From positions 1 through 7,265 of the forward strand of contig CAYWGS010000072.1 in NCBI GenBank assembly GCA_964457525.1: a DNA stretch of 7,265 nt. Reading direction: 5' to 3'. The stretch comes from an uncultured Erysipelotrichaceae bacterium (lineage in GTDB: Bacteria; Bacillota_I; Bacilli_A; Erysipelotrichales; Erysipelotrichaceae). The notes beneath the pieces were generated by a model that was not told the DNA's origin, did not search any database, and was given only the letters and a program-made list of their open reading frames with translations. Positions 1 to 6,535 of the stretch are shown here, in pieces (the first letter of the stretch is position 1; every line of letters begins with the position of its first letter). Position numbers and translations under genes: made by a program.

Positions 1-169
1 CGAAATATGGACCAAAATTATTTAGCGCTTTAATAATTCCATCCACATATCTCTCTTCAATCATTCCTTCTTGCACGAGTGGATAGGCCGCTTGCCTAAT
101 CGCTTCTTCTGGACTGCTTGCTTCAATATCAAGTTGGATCAAGGATTCCGATATTAATTCAACTAGCAT
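1..169 (-). CDS. PTS EIIA component (type-2 EIIA, ascorbate/mannitol/fructose class); N-terminal 56 codons only, gene continues beyond the left edge
   Basis: Absent from the ORF track because it is truncated. Minus-strand translation from ATG 167-169 gives MLVELISESLIQLDIEASSPEEAIRQAAYPLVQEGMIEERYVDGIIKALNNFGPYF. This pattern (L-I-x-L-D, EEAI, Y-V-D-x-I, GPYF) is the usual N-terminus of PTS_EIIA_2 domains such as UlaC/SgaA. A GAGGTG Shine-Dalgarno lies 8 nt upstream. An in-frame TAA lies just upstream with no alternative start codon in between. Confidence 0.7.
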   Translation of the reverse strand, partial: MLVELISESLIQLDIEASSPEEAIRQAAYPLVQEGMIEERYVDGIIKALNNFGPYF

Positions 170-200
170 TCTTTCATCACCTCTATCCGTTTACATTTAC

Positions 201-229
201 AGTTTAACTGTTGTCATTTCAAGATTCAA
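201..229 (-). promoter_or_regulatory. Candidate sigma-A promoter for the PTS EIIA gene
   Basis: Minus strand reads TTGAAT (224-229), a 17-nt spacer, then TAAACT (201-206), about 30 nt upstream of the ATG at 169 and downstream of the SWIM-gene terminator. Hexamer match only. Confidence 0.35.
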
Positions 230-287
230 AGACTTAAGGGTCTTACTTTTGTCCACCATTTTACAAAATTTAAACTCTTGTAATATT

Positions 288-311
288 AAAAAACCGAGTA
301 CATCTCGGTTT
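288..311 (-). terminator. Rho-independent terminator after the msrB-SWIM unit
   Basis: Minus strand reads AAACCGAG-ATGTA-CTCGGTTT followed by more T residues (TTTAATATT). The stem is CCGAG/CTCGG extended by AAA/TTT, 28 nt downstream of the SWIM stop codon (339-341). Confidence 0.75.
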
Positions 312-338
312 AGCTAATTAATCAAAAATAATTCTACT

Positions 339-887
339 TTATGACAAGAATGGAGGTTTAGGACTTTGACTCTTATACCATAGATACGCCATTATCACTA
401 AACGTATATCTTCTGATTCTTCAAGATATTTAAGAATAAACGTTAACAACTCACTTTGATCCTTATTCGATAAGAATTCAACTAAATCAAATGCACCATC
501 TTGATTAATCTCTTTGATAATTGCACGTACATTCTCTTCCATTTCTTCGATATCCACAACTTCACTATCATCTGTCTTAAAATCCAAATCACTGAATTCT
601 GATAGTTCAAACCCATCCTTCACAAGTAGATGCAACAAAGCAGCTCCTGTATGTTTACATAGACCTACACCACGATATGGGCAATCACAGTGCGTGAATG
701 TAACATCATGATCACGTAGTCTTACTTCGACATGATAATAACCACCCCGTTGATTTTCCACATGAAACTGTGCATGTTCATCATCATGATCGAGTAATTT
801 AACTTTGTCATTCTTAACAAGTTCGATGGAACGATTAAGAACTAACGCACGGATTCGTTGAGTAAATAGTCGGATGGGATACGCCAT
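339..887 (-). CDS. SWIM zinc-finger domain protein (182 aa), function unknown
   Basis: The ORF track protein carries the SWIM signature CxCx(n)CxH: C67-D-C69-PYRGVGL-C77-K-H79 (nt 651-689), followed by AALLHLL, which is typical of the family. An acidic stretch (ELSEFSDLDFKTDDSEVVDIEEMEEN) and a helical tail follow. An AAAGAGG Shine-Dalgarno lies 5 nt before the ATG. Confidence 0.8.
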   Translation of the reverse strand: MAYPIRLFTQRIRALVLNRSIELVKNDKVKLLDHDDEHAQFHVENQRGGYYHVEVRLRDHDVTFTHCDCPYRGVGLCKHTGAALLHLLVKDGFELSEFSDLDFKTDDSEVVDIEEMEENVRAIIKEINQDGAFDLVEFLSNKDQSELLTFILKYLEESEDIRLVIMAYLWYKSQSPKPPFLS

Positions 888-901
888 AATAACCTCTTTC
901 T

Positions 902-1324
902 TTATTCAAACAAGGATAGGTATTTTCCATATCCTCTAGCTTCTAAATCTTTCTTTGGAATAAACTCAAGTGATGCGGAGTTAATGCAATAGCGCAATCC
1001 ACCTTTATCTTGTGGACCATCATTAAACACATGACCTAAGTGACTGTTCGCATCCTTAGATCGCACTTCAATTCGAATCATTCCATAACTAAAATCTTTC
1101 TTCTCAATGATATTATCTTCAATTGGTTTAGTAAAACTTGGCCATCCACAATGGGAATCAAACTTATCCAACGAAGAGAATAAAACTTCTTTACTTACAA
1201 CATCCACATAAATCCCTTCTTCAAAAAAATTATAGAATTCATTCTTAAAAGGGGGTTCAGTCGCATTTTTTTGTGTTACTTGAAATTGCATTGGATTTAA
1301 CTTAGATAAATCGTACTTTGACAT
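902..1324 (-). CDS. msrB: Peptide-methionine (R)-S-oxide reductase MsrB
   Basis: Full-length family pattern: [70 protein letters not shown] (catalytic Cys in RYCINS, resolving Cys in SHCGWPSF). Closely resembles Bacillus-type MsrB. A strong AGGAGG Shine-Dalgarno lies 5 nt upstream. Confidence 0.95.
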   Translation of the reverse strand: MSKYDLSKLNPMQFQVTQKNATEPPFKNEFYNFFEEGIYVDVVSKEVLFSSLDKFDSHCGWPSFTKPIEDNIIEKKDFSYGMIRIEVRSKDANSHLGHVFNDGPQDKGGLRYCINSASLEFIPKKDLEARGYGKYLSLFE

Positions 1325-1347
1325 AAATGCCTCCTTATTTATCTAGT

Positions 1348-1377
1348 AGTATACCAGTCGATTCTCCCCTATGGTAA
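1348..1377 (-). promoter_or_regulatory. Candidate extended -10 promoter for msrB-SWIM
   Basis: Minus strand reads TGGTATACT (TGn + TATACT, -10 at 1348-1353) with a weak -35 TTACCA (1372-1377, 18-nt spacer). It sits in the 62-nt gap between the MBL stop and the msrB start. Confidence 0.45.
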
Positions 1378-1386
1378 AACAATGCT

Positions 1387-2013
1387 CTAGAGATGATTCT
1401 TAGGTTCTAAAACCGCTATATGCGAAGCCATTGAACTACGATATTCCATAAATGATTGATGATAATAAACCACATCATAATTCAATAACTTTAAGAAATC
1501 ATCCAATCCACCAATCACATCATACCCAAAACGCTCTGTTCGATAATGCATTGGCACAATCACTTTTGGTTTAATCCGCTTAATCAATTGAACAACATCC
1601 TCTTTATTTAATGTATAATGTCCTCCAATTGGAACCATTAAGACATCAATATTCATCAATAAGTCTAATTCTTCATCTGTTGGCATACATCCAATATCAC
1701 CTAGATGTACACATTTTACTTCTTTATCTTGTAGAATTAATATCTTATTCTTACCTCTTTGAGACCCCATACTTTGATCATGATAACTATTAATTTCAGT
1801 TACTTTAAACGGATTCTCTGAATGCGGTAAAAGACTTACATTCTCTCTTGCATTATGATCCTTGTGTTCATGTGAACAATACACAATATGTGCGGATTCA
1901 TGTACACCTTTTAATCCAGGTACTACATTATCTCCAAATGGATCTAATACAATTAAATAATTATGATAATTTAGTTTAAAAGAAGAGTGCCCTAACCATT
2001 CTATCTTTAACAT
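1387..2013 (-). CDS. MBL-fold metallo-hydrolase (COG2220 / Lactamase_B_3-like, 208 aa)
   Basis: The N-terminus MLKIEWLGHSSFKL..IVLDPF and the metal motif SHEHKDH (HxHxDH), followed by HLGDIG and VPMHY, are the usual order of metal ligands in small UlaG/YtkL-like MBL hydrolases. An AAGGAG Shine-Dalgarno lies 7 nt upstream. Confidence 0.85.
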   Translation of the reverse strand: MLKIEWLGHSSFKLNYHNYLIVLDPFGDNVVPGLKGVHESAHIVYCSHEHKDHNARENVSLLPHSENPFKVTEINSYHDQSMGSQRGKNKILILQDKEVKCVHLGDIGCMPTDEELDLLMNIDVLMVPIGGHYTLNKEDVVQLIKRIKPKVIVPMHYRTERFGYDVIGGLDDFLKLLNYDVVYYHQSFMEYRSSMASHIAVLEPKNHL

Positions 2014-2032
2014 ATATAATCTCCTTACTCAT

Positions 2033-2038
2033 ATTATA
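2033..2038 (-). promoter_or_regulatory. Possible -10 box (TATAAT) for the MBL hydrolase gene
   Basis: A perfect TATAAT on the minus strand lies directly downstream of the terminator T-tract and about 7 nt before the AAGGAG Shine-Dalgarno. No convincing -35, since that region falls inside the terminator stem. The leader would be very short. Confidence 0.3.
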
Positions 2039-2041
2039 CCT

Positions 2042-2066
2042 AAAAAAAACGGGGTTTAACCCGTTT
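2042..2066 (-). terminator. Rho-independent terminator after the CoADR-fusion gene
   Basis: Minus strand reads AAACGGG-TTAAAC-CCCGTTT followed by TTTTTT (A-run 2042-2049 on the plus strand). The stem overlaps the TAA stop at 2065-2067. Confidence 0.8.
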
Positions 2067-4545
2067 AAATAAATAATGTTGTTCCTACGTTTTCGTTATT
2101 AGCGATATAGGTTCCTACACCACCGATTTCAACACCATCAATGAGTTCTTCACGCTTAATACCCATTAAATCCATACTCATTTGACATGCGATGAATTTA
2201 ACCCCAAGATTTTGAGCATTCTTAATCATGACTGGTAATTGATCGACATTCTTGTTCTTCATGATACCTTTGATCATTTTAGGCCCCATACCCAACATAT
2301 TCATATTGGATAACGGAAGTTTATTTGCCCCTCTTGGCATCATGAATCCAAACATACGTTCAATAAAGTTTTTATTTGTTGGAACATTGACATCCTTACG
2401 TAATGCGTTTAATCCCCAGAATGTAAAGAAGATGGATACATGTTTACCTTGAGCTGCTGCACCTTGTGCAATGATCATAGAAGCTAATGCTTTATCAAGT
2501 TCACCTGAGAATAATACAATCGTCGCATTTTCTTGGTTGATATTACTACTTTCTTGACTTATTTTTTTACCTTTTACAATCTCTGCCACATACTTATTAC
2601 CATCTAAGTTCAAGCTAACTAAATCATGCCCATTGGTTCTTGCCCATGCTTGTACATCTGCCGCAAAGCCTGGATCTGTCGCAATAACCTTAACCCCTTC
2701 ACCTTCAGATAAATCTTGTACGGCTTTATAGGTTTCAAGAAGTGGTCCTGGGCATTGTAGTCCAGAGACATCGACTACTTTATTCGTATCACTGGAAATA
2801 CCTTTGGTCATACCCGTTGTTTCATCGACTTTATTGGATTTGGTTAAACCAATCGATGATGAATTTAATTCATACTTATAAGCCTTATATGTTGCATATC
2901 CACCGGATAAGTTATATAAGTTTGTATAACCTAAATTACGCAACATCATTATTGCGACATAAGCACGTAATCCAACTTGGCAGTTTACCACAATTGGCGT
3001 ATCTTTTGATTCACCTAAAAGATGTAGATTTTGACGTAATTGATCAACTTCAAGATTAATCGCACCTGAAATTGCGCCAGTTTGATATTCAATTGGTGTT
3101 CGTACATCTAAGAATAGTGCACCTTGTTTACGTAAATCTTCGATTTGTTGGACATATGCGACTTTATAGTGACCCGCCACAACATTTTCCGCAATGTATC
3201 CCAAGATATTAACAGGGTCTTTAGCGGATGAGAATGGAGGTGCATACGCAAGTTCAAGATCACTTAATTGTGTAACTTTCGCTTTGAGTTTGATTGCGGT
3301 CGCAATGACATCAATACGTTTCTCAGTCCCATCTTGACCAATGGCTTGAGCTCCCAAGATTTCGAGTGTTTCAGGGTTATATACAAGTTTGAAATCAATA
3401 TTCGTTGCGCCAGGATAATAGGACGCATGATTATTACGATGTGCATGAATTGCTTGTACAGGTAGCTTCTTCATTTCTGCAGAACGTTGATTATTGCCTG
3501 TCGTCGCAACTGTTAGATTGAATACTTTTAATACTGAGGTTCCCATTGAACCGTTGTAATGTAAATCTGCCCCATGAATGATATCCGCCACAATTCTACC
3601 TTGACGGTTTGCAGGCCAAGCTAAAGCAATGGCAGTATCGGTATTAGTTACGAAATCCTTAACTTGGATCGCATCCCCAATCGCATAGATTCCTTCCACT
3701 ACTTCTTTGGAATTTAAGTCCAAAGCTTCTAGTTTTGATGTGACCGCAATATGACCACGAGGACCTACCAATAAATCTGCTTTCTTCGCTAATGCATTTT
3801 CAGGAACGACACCAATCGAAAGAATAATCAGTTCAGTTTCTACAGATTTACCACTTTCAAGATGAATGGTTCTACCATTATTCGCAAAACTCATTAATCC
3901 ATCCCCTAAAACTAAATCAATTCCATGCGCATTTAATTCACGATGAACAATTTGAGCCATTTCAAAATCAAGAGGAGCTAATACTTGTGGCATCTTTTCC
4001 ACAAGCGTAACTTTGATTCCTCGTTCAGTTAGATTCTCAGCCATTTCAACACCAATGAATCCACCACCAACTACTACAGCTGTCTTAGGTTTCTTGGTTT
4101 CGATGAAACGATAAATCGCATCGGTATCAGGTATATTTCTTAGTACAAATAAGTTGTTCGCTTCTTTGATTCCTTCAATTGGAGGAAAGATTGGTTTAGC
4201 ACCAGGGGATAGAAGTAATACATCATACGATTCTTGATATGTATCCCCCGTTTTTACTTTTCTTACGGTAACCGTCTTTTCTGCACGATTAATATCCACA
4301 ACTTCAGAGAAGTTACGAATATCTAAATTAAAACGCTCTGACATCCCTTCAACCGTTTGAACCAACAAGTCTTCACGATCTGTAATCACATTCCCGATAT
4401 AGTACGGTAATCCACAGTTTGCGAAACTAATATACTCGTCTCTCTCAAACATGATAATTTCATCTTCTTCACTCAATCTTCTAAGTCTTGCGGCTGCGGT
4501 TGCGCCACCTGCTACGCCACCAACGATTAATATTTTCTTCTTCAT
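2065..4545 (-). CDS. Four-domain CoA-disulfide/persulfide reductase - rhodanese - TusA/SirA-like - DsrE/DsrF-like fusion protein (826 aa)
   Basis: aa 1-455: FAD/NAD(P) disulfide reductase of the CoADR/Nox class (ILIVGGVAGGATAA, SFANC44GLPYY, VVVGGGFIGVEMAE, YAIGDA). aa ~462-556: rhodanese (LFLDVRTPIEY, VVNC522QVGLR). aa ~589-658: TusA-like (VDVSGLQC598PGP). aa ~672-826: DsrE_2-like (TIVLFSGELDKA, FFTFWGLN, FIAC787QMS). The AAAGGA Shine-Dalgarno upstream is moderate. Confidence 0.9.
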   Translation of the reverse strand: MKKKILIVGGVAGGATAAARLRRLSEEDEIIMFERDEYISFANCGLPYYIGNVITDREDLLVQTVEGMSERFNLDIRNFSEVVDINRAEKTVTVRKVKTGDTYQESYDVLLLSPGAKPIFPPIEGIKEANNLFVLRNIPDTDAIYRFIETKKPKTAVVVGGGFIGVEMAENLTERGIKVTLVEKMPQVLAPLDFEMAQIVHRELNAHGIDLVLGDGLMSFANNGRTIHLESGKSVETELIILSIGVVPENALAKKADLLVGPRGHIAVTSKLEALDLNSKEVVEGIYAIGDAIQVKDFVTNTDTAIALAWPANRQGRIVADIIHGADLHYNGSMGTSVLKVFNLTVATTGNNQRSAEMKKLPVQAIHAHRNNHASYYPGATNIDFKLVYNPETLEILGAQAIGQDGTEKRIDVIATAIKLKAKVTQLSDLELAYAPPFSSAKDPVNILGYIAENVVAGHYKVAYVQQIEDLRKQGALFLDVRTPIEYQTGAISGAINLEVDQLRQNLHLLGESKDTPIVVNCQVGLRAYVAIMMLRNLGYTNLYNLSGGYATYKAYKYELNSSSIGLTKSNKVDETTGMTKGISSDTNKVVDVSGLQCPGPLLETYKAVQDLSEGEGVKVIATDPGFAADVQAWARTNGHDLVSLNLDGNKYVAEIVKGKKISQESSNINQENATIVLFSGELDKALASMIIAQGAAAQGKHVSIFFTFWGLNALRKDVNVPTNKNFIERMFGFMMPRGANKLPLSNMNMLGMGPKMIKGIMKNKNVDQLPVMIKNAQNLGVKFIACQMSMDLMGIKREELIDGVEIGGVGTYIANNENVGTTLFI

Positions 4546-4578
4546 GACGATTTTCCTTTTTGCTTAAAGCACAAAAAA

Positions 4579-4607
4579 AGTATAAATCTCAAAAATGTGG
4601 AATTCAA
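4579..4607 (-). promoter_or_regulatory. Candidate sigma-A promoter (proximal) for the CoADR-fusion gene
   Basis: Minus strand reads TTGAAT (4602-4607), a 17-nt spacer, then TATACT (4579-4584), about 34 nt upstream of the ATG at 4545. Confidence 0.5.
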
Positions 4608-4631
4608 TAAGTCTCCAACAAATTTTAGAAA

Positions 4632-4660
4632 TTTATAACATTTTTAGTCTATTTTCACAA
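4632..4660 (-). promoter_or_regulatory. Candidate sigma-A promoter (distal, extended -10) for the CoADR-fusion gene
   Basis: Minus strand reads TTGTGA (4655-4660), a 17-nt spacer ending in TGT, then TATAAA (4632-4637), which gives a TGnTATAAA extended -10. Confidence 0.4.
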
Positions 4661-4688
4661 CTTTTGGAAATTTGAGCCGTCAAACTCG

Positions 4689-5558
4689 TTAAGAAATGAG
4701 ATTATTTAATAAGGGAATAAACTCTTCCATACTATCCAAGGTAAATACACGATCAAATGACTGTGTTTCACCTGTTTTTAGTAATGGTAATACCGAAGGT
4801 TTATGCCAACTGTAATTGTTTTGAATCGAGAAATGATGAACATCATTTGGATTATCACTGAGTAGTACTGTTACTTTACCTAAAGAGTTCATTAGTTTAA
4901 TACGTTGGTACTCTTCCATACCATTATCCGTAGGTCCTACAAAACTTAAATGACCAAATTTAGGATTACTGGATTTACAGATTTTTATCGCATCTTCATC
5001 TTTGAATAGTGGTCCATTCACAAAATGTAGGATTGATACTTCACGTTCTTTTAACTGTTCGTATATTACATGATCGACTACACTTCTATTTTGAATTAAT
5101 AAGGTATAAGGTTGACCAACAAACGTTTCACATAACGCTTTACATTGTTCAATAAATGCATCTTCTCGATTGATGGTGGTCACAATGGATACACGTTTTA
5201 CTTTACGATCGAGTAATGTATTATCTCCACATAAATAGAGGAATAGAGGCGCTTCTTCTTTAAAGTCTTGAAGGATAGCCTTAGGATATTCTTCATCAAA
5301 CTTATGCACGATAAAGACACGTTGTTTTAATCGAGCAAATGCAGCTTCTGTTTCACGCTTAACCAGCTGACAAACTTGTGGAAAATACTGAACAAACTTC
5401 GTACTTTCAAAATAGGTACTATAAAACTTCTGAACATCCAATAGTTCATTGATATTATCTTTTGTGATACGTGTGTTTACTAAAGTGTCATTTTGGACAA
5501 GCTTCTTTAAAACACTGTAGTTAATGGCTAATTTTTTATTTAAACTTGATTTATTCAT
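4689..5558 (-). CDS. Divergent DprA/Smf-like (SLOG/Rossmann-fold) protein, 289 aa, function unknown
   Basis: The size and layout match DprA: a ~95-aa helical N-domain followed by a Rossmann core. Segments are co-linear with DprA blocks: EAPLFLYLCGDNTLL (DprA P-x-L-L-Y-x-x-G-x-x-x-LL), KRVSIVTTIN (A-I-V-G-S-R), YTLLIQNRSVVD (I-V-S-G-x-A-x-G-I-D), EEYQRIKLMNSLG (F-P-x-R-N-R-I-I-x-G-L), VTVLLSD (V-V-V-E-A), HKPSVLPLL (G-R-x-V-F-A-V-P-G). The invariant residues are mostly replaced, so the family call is tentative. The ATG at 5556-5558 overlaps the upstream stop by 8 nt. Confidence 0.6.
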   Translation of the reverse strand: MNKSSLNKKLAINYSVLKKLVQNDTLVNTRITKDNINELLDVQKFYSTYFESTKFVQYFPQVCQLVKRETEAAFARLKQRVFIVHKFDEEYPKAILQDFKEEAPLFLYLCGDNTLLDRKVKRVSIVTTINREDAFIEQCKALCETFVGQPYTLLIQNRSVVDHVIYEQLKEREVSILHFVNGPLFKDEDAIKICKSSNPKFGHLSFVGPTDNGMEEYQRIKLMNSLGKVTVLLSDNPNDVHHFSIQNNYSWHKPSVLPLLKTGETQSFDRVFTLDSMEEFIPLLNNLIS

Positions 5559-6528
5559 AATTTTTAAGTGTCTTCTCTAAGGTTCTCTTCATTTCTTCCT
5601 TAACATCATTCGGCGCAATAACTTTCGCTTTATCTTGGAACTGTATAATCCATGATAAGAAAGTAGGACTGACATAAACTGTCTCACATATATCAAACCA
5701 CTGCTCATCAACCTCAGTTATTTTAACATCTATCCCAAAGCGGTCAATGACCACATTCAATAAATCTTTATGAAAGCGTAGAGTGACTTCTTTTTCATCC
5801 CCACTAAACATATTAAAGAGTTGATCACAATATTTCTCAATGTCTTCAGGCTTCTTATCAATCGAATGTTTTTGAAAGACAACACTGACCTCTCTCATTT
5901 TATCGACACGATATACCACATAATCATCGTGTTGTTCATGGTAGGTAACACAATAATATTTCTCATCATCCCAACATAAGAAAACTGGAATGACGGTATA
6001 GAAATCACCATTCTTACGATACTTCACTTCTTTATGAATATCATAATCAAAGTATTTAAAACGAAGTTTATAATGGCCTAATATCGCATCATGAATCGCA
6101 TCGACATTGAGGTAAACTGAATTATTACGTGTCTTTAATCGACCTGTTACGAGATCATCACGTTGTAATAATTGTGCTTCATGTTTACTGGTTAATGTTT
6201 TTATCTTTTCTATGAGTTCTACACTCTTTGATTGAGTAATAAACTTAGAAAACTTTATCGCATCCACCAAAAGTTTTAACTCAGCTAATTGAAAGTCTCG
6301 ATTCGCAACATGATACCAATTCTGTTTATCTTTCTCAGTAATAATATCTAAACCATAGTCTTCTAAGAGTTGTATGTAATGATAAATACTCTTACGTTCA
6401 CTCTGAATCCCTTTAGACGCTAAATAATCAATGATTTGTTGCGTGGAAATCGCGTGCTTATCATCTGTTTCACGTAAAAGTAGGTCTCGAATCTCTAATA
6501 GTTTTAGTTTATTTTTAGGACTTTCCAT
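5551..6528 (-). CDS. WYL-domain transcriptional regulator (wHTH - WYL - WCX architecture)
   Basis: N-terminal winged HTH: KLKLLEIRDLLLRETDDKHAISTQQIIDYLASKGIQSERKSIYHYIQLLEDYGLDI. WYL-type core: KLRFKYFDY...YTVIPVFLCWDDEKYYCVTYHEQHDDYVVYRVDKMREV (the YRVDKM corresponds to the family FRLDRI motif). C-terminal WCX-like region: FLSWIIQFQDKAKVIAPNDVKEEM. I place the start at ATG 6526-6528 (MESPKNKLKLL, the usual N-terminus of this family). The ORF track start at 6564 is a TTG that coincides with a -35 hexamer and has no Shine-Dalgarno. Confidence 0.85.
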   Translation of the reverse strand: MESPKNKLKLLEIRDLLLRETDDKHAISTQQIIDYLASKGIQSERKSIYHYIQLLEDYGLDIITEKDKQNWYHVANRDFQLAELKLLVDAIKFSKFITQSKSVELIEKIKTLTSKHEAQLLQRDDLVTGRLKTRNNSVYLNVDAIHDAILGHYKLRFKYFDYDIHKEVKYRKNGDFYTVIPVFLCWDDEKYYCVTYHEQHDDYVVYRVDKMREVSVVFQKHSIDKKPEDIEKYCDQLFNMFSGDEKEVTLRFHKDLLNVVIDRFGIDVKITEVDEQWFDICETVYVSPTFLSWIIQFQDKAKVIAPNDVKEEMKRTLEKTLKNYE

Positions 6529-6535
6529 ATGGATT

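Noticed and set aside
229-244. Hairpin AAGAC-TTAAGG-GTCTT followed by ACTTTT on the plus strand (terminator-like).
   Set aside because: The stem is only 5 bp with a poor T-tract, and no plus-strand gene lies upstream to terminate. It overlaps the -35 of the candidate PTS promoter and is probably incidental.
197-259. 20-codon minus-strand ORF (MVDKSKTLKSLNLEMTTVKL) in the spacer between the SWIM terminator and the PTS EIIA gene; possible leader peptide.
   Set aside because: There is no Shine-Dalgarno before its ATG and it overlaps the candidate PTS promoter. ORFs of this length arise readily by chance. Nothing supports it without ribosome profiling or conservation data.
902-1324. MsrB lacks the two CxxC zinc-binding motifs found in many MsrB enzymes (it reads [13 protein letters not shown] instead of a CxxC-containing segment).
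   Set aside because: This zinc-less form is the normal type in Bacillus, Streptococcus and other Bacillota. It is not an anomaly.
1387-2013. MBL-fold protein next to a sulfur-relay reductase, considered as a persulfide dioxygenase (ETHE1/CstB-like).
   Set aside because: Its small size, the N-terminus WLGHSSF...LDPF and the SHEHKDH context resemble COG2220/YtkL-type hydrolases rather than glyoxalase-II/ETHE1-type enzymes, and there is no fused rhodanese. I cannot assign PDO function from the sequence alone.
514-3465. Short ORFs in the track: 514..711 (+), 1611..1793 (+), 2252..2452 (+), 2742..3059 (+), 3268..3465 (+) and 3264..3446 (-).
   Set aside because: All lie entirely inside long minus-strand genes with clear family signatures, either antisense or out of frame. 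Their translations are low-complexity with no recognisable motifs and no Shine-Dalgarno. They are shadow ORFs typical of AT-rich DNA.
4561-4571. Palindrome TGCTT-A-AAGCA between the proximal -10 and the Shine-Dalgarno of the CoADR-fusion gene; possible operator.
   Set aside because: The arms are only 5 bp and it matches no regulator consensus I know (CstR/CsoR, BigR/SqrR, Spx, PerR). A palindrome this short is plausible by chance.
4654-4660. TTGTGAA overlapping the distal -35, resembling a half-site of the Rex (NADH/NAD+ sensor) operator TTGTGAA-N4-TTCACAA. This would be attractive upstream of a pyridine-nucleotide disulfide reductase.
   Set aside because: The second half-site reads GACTAAA, only about 3 of 7 matches to TTCACAA. 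A single half-site in AT-rich DNA is not evidence for a Rex box.
4671-4684. Hairpin TTTGA-CGGC-TCAAA followed by TTTCC, just after the DprA-like stop, considered as a terminator.
   Set aside because: The stem is 5 bp with a single G:C pair and the T-run is only three residues. This is too weak to annotate as a terminator. It is noted instead as an absence of clear termination.
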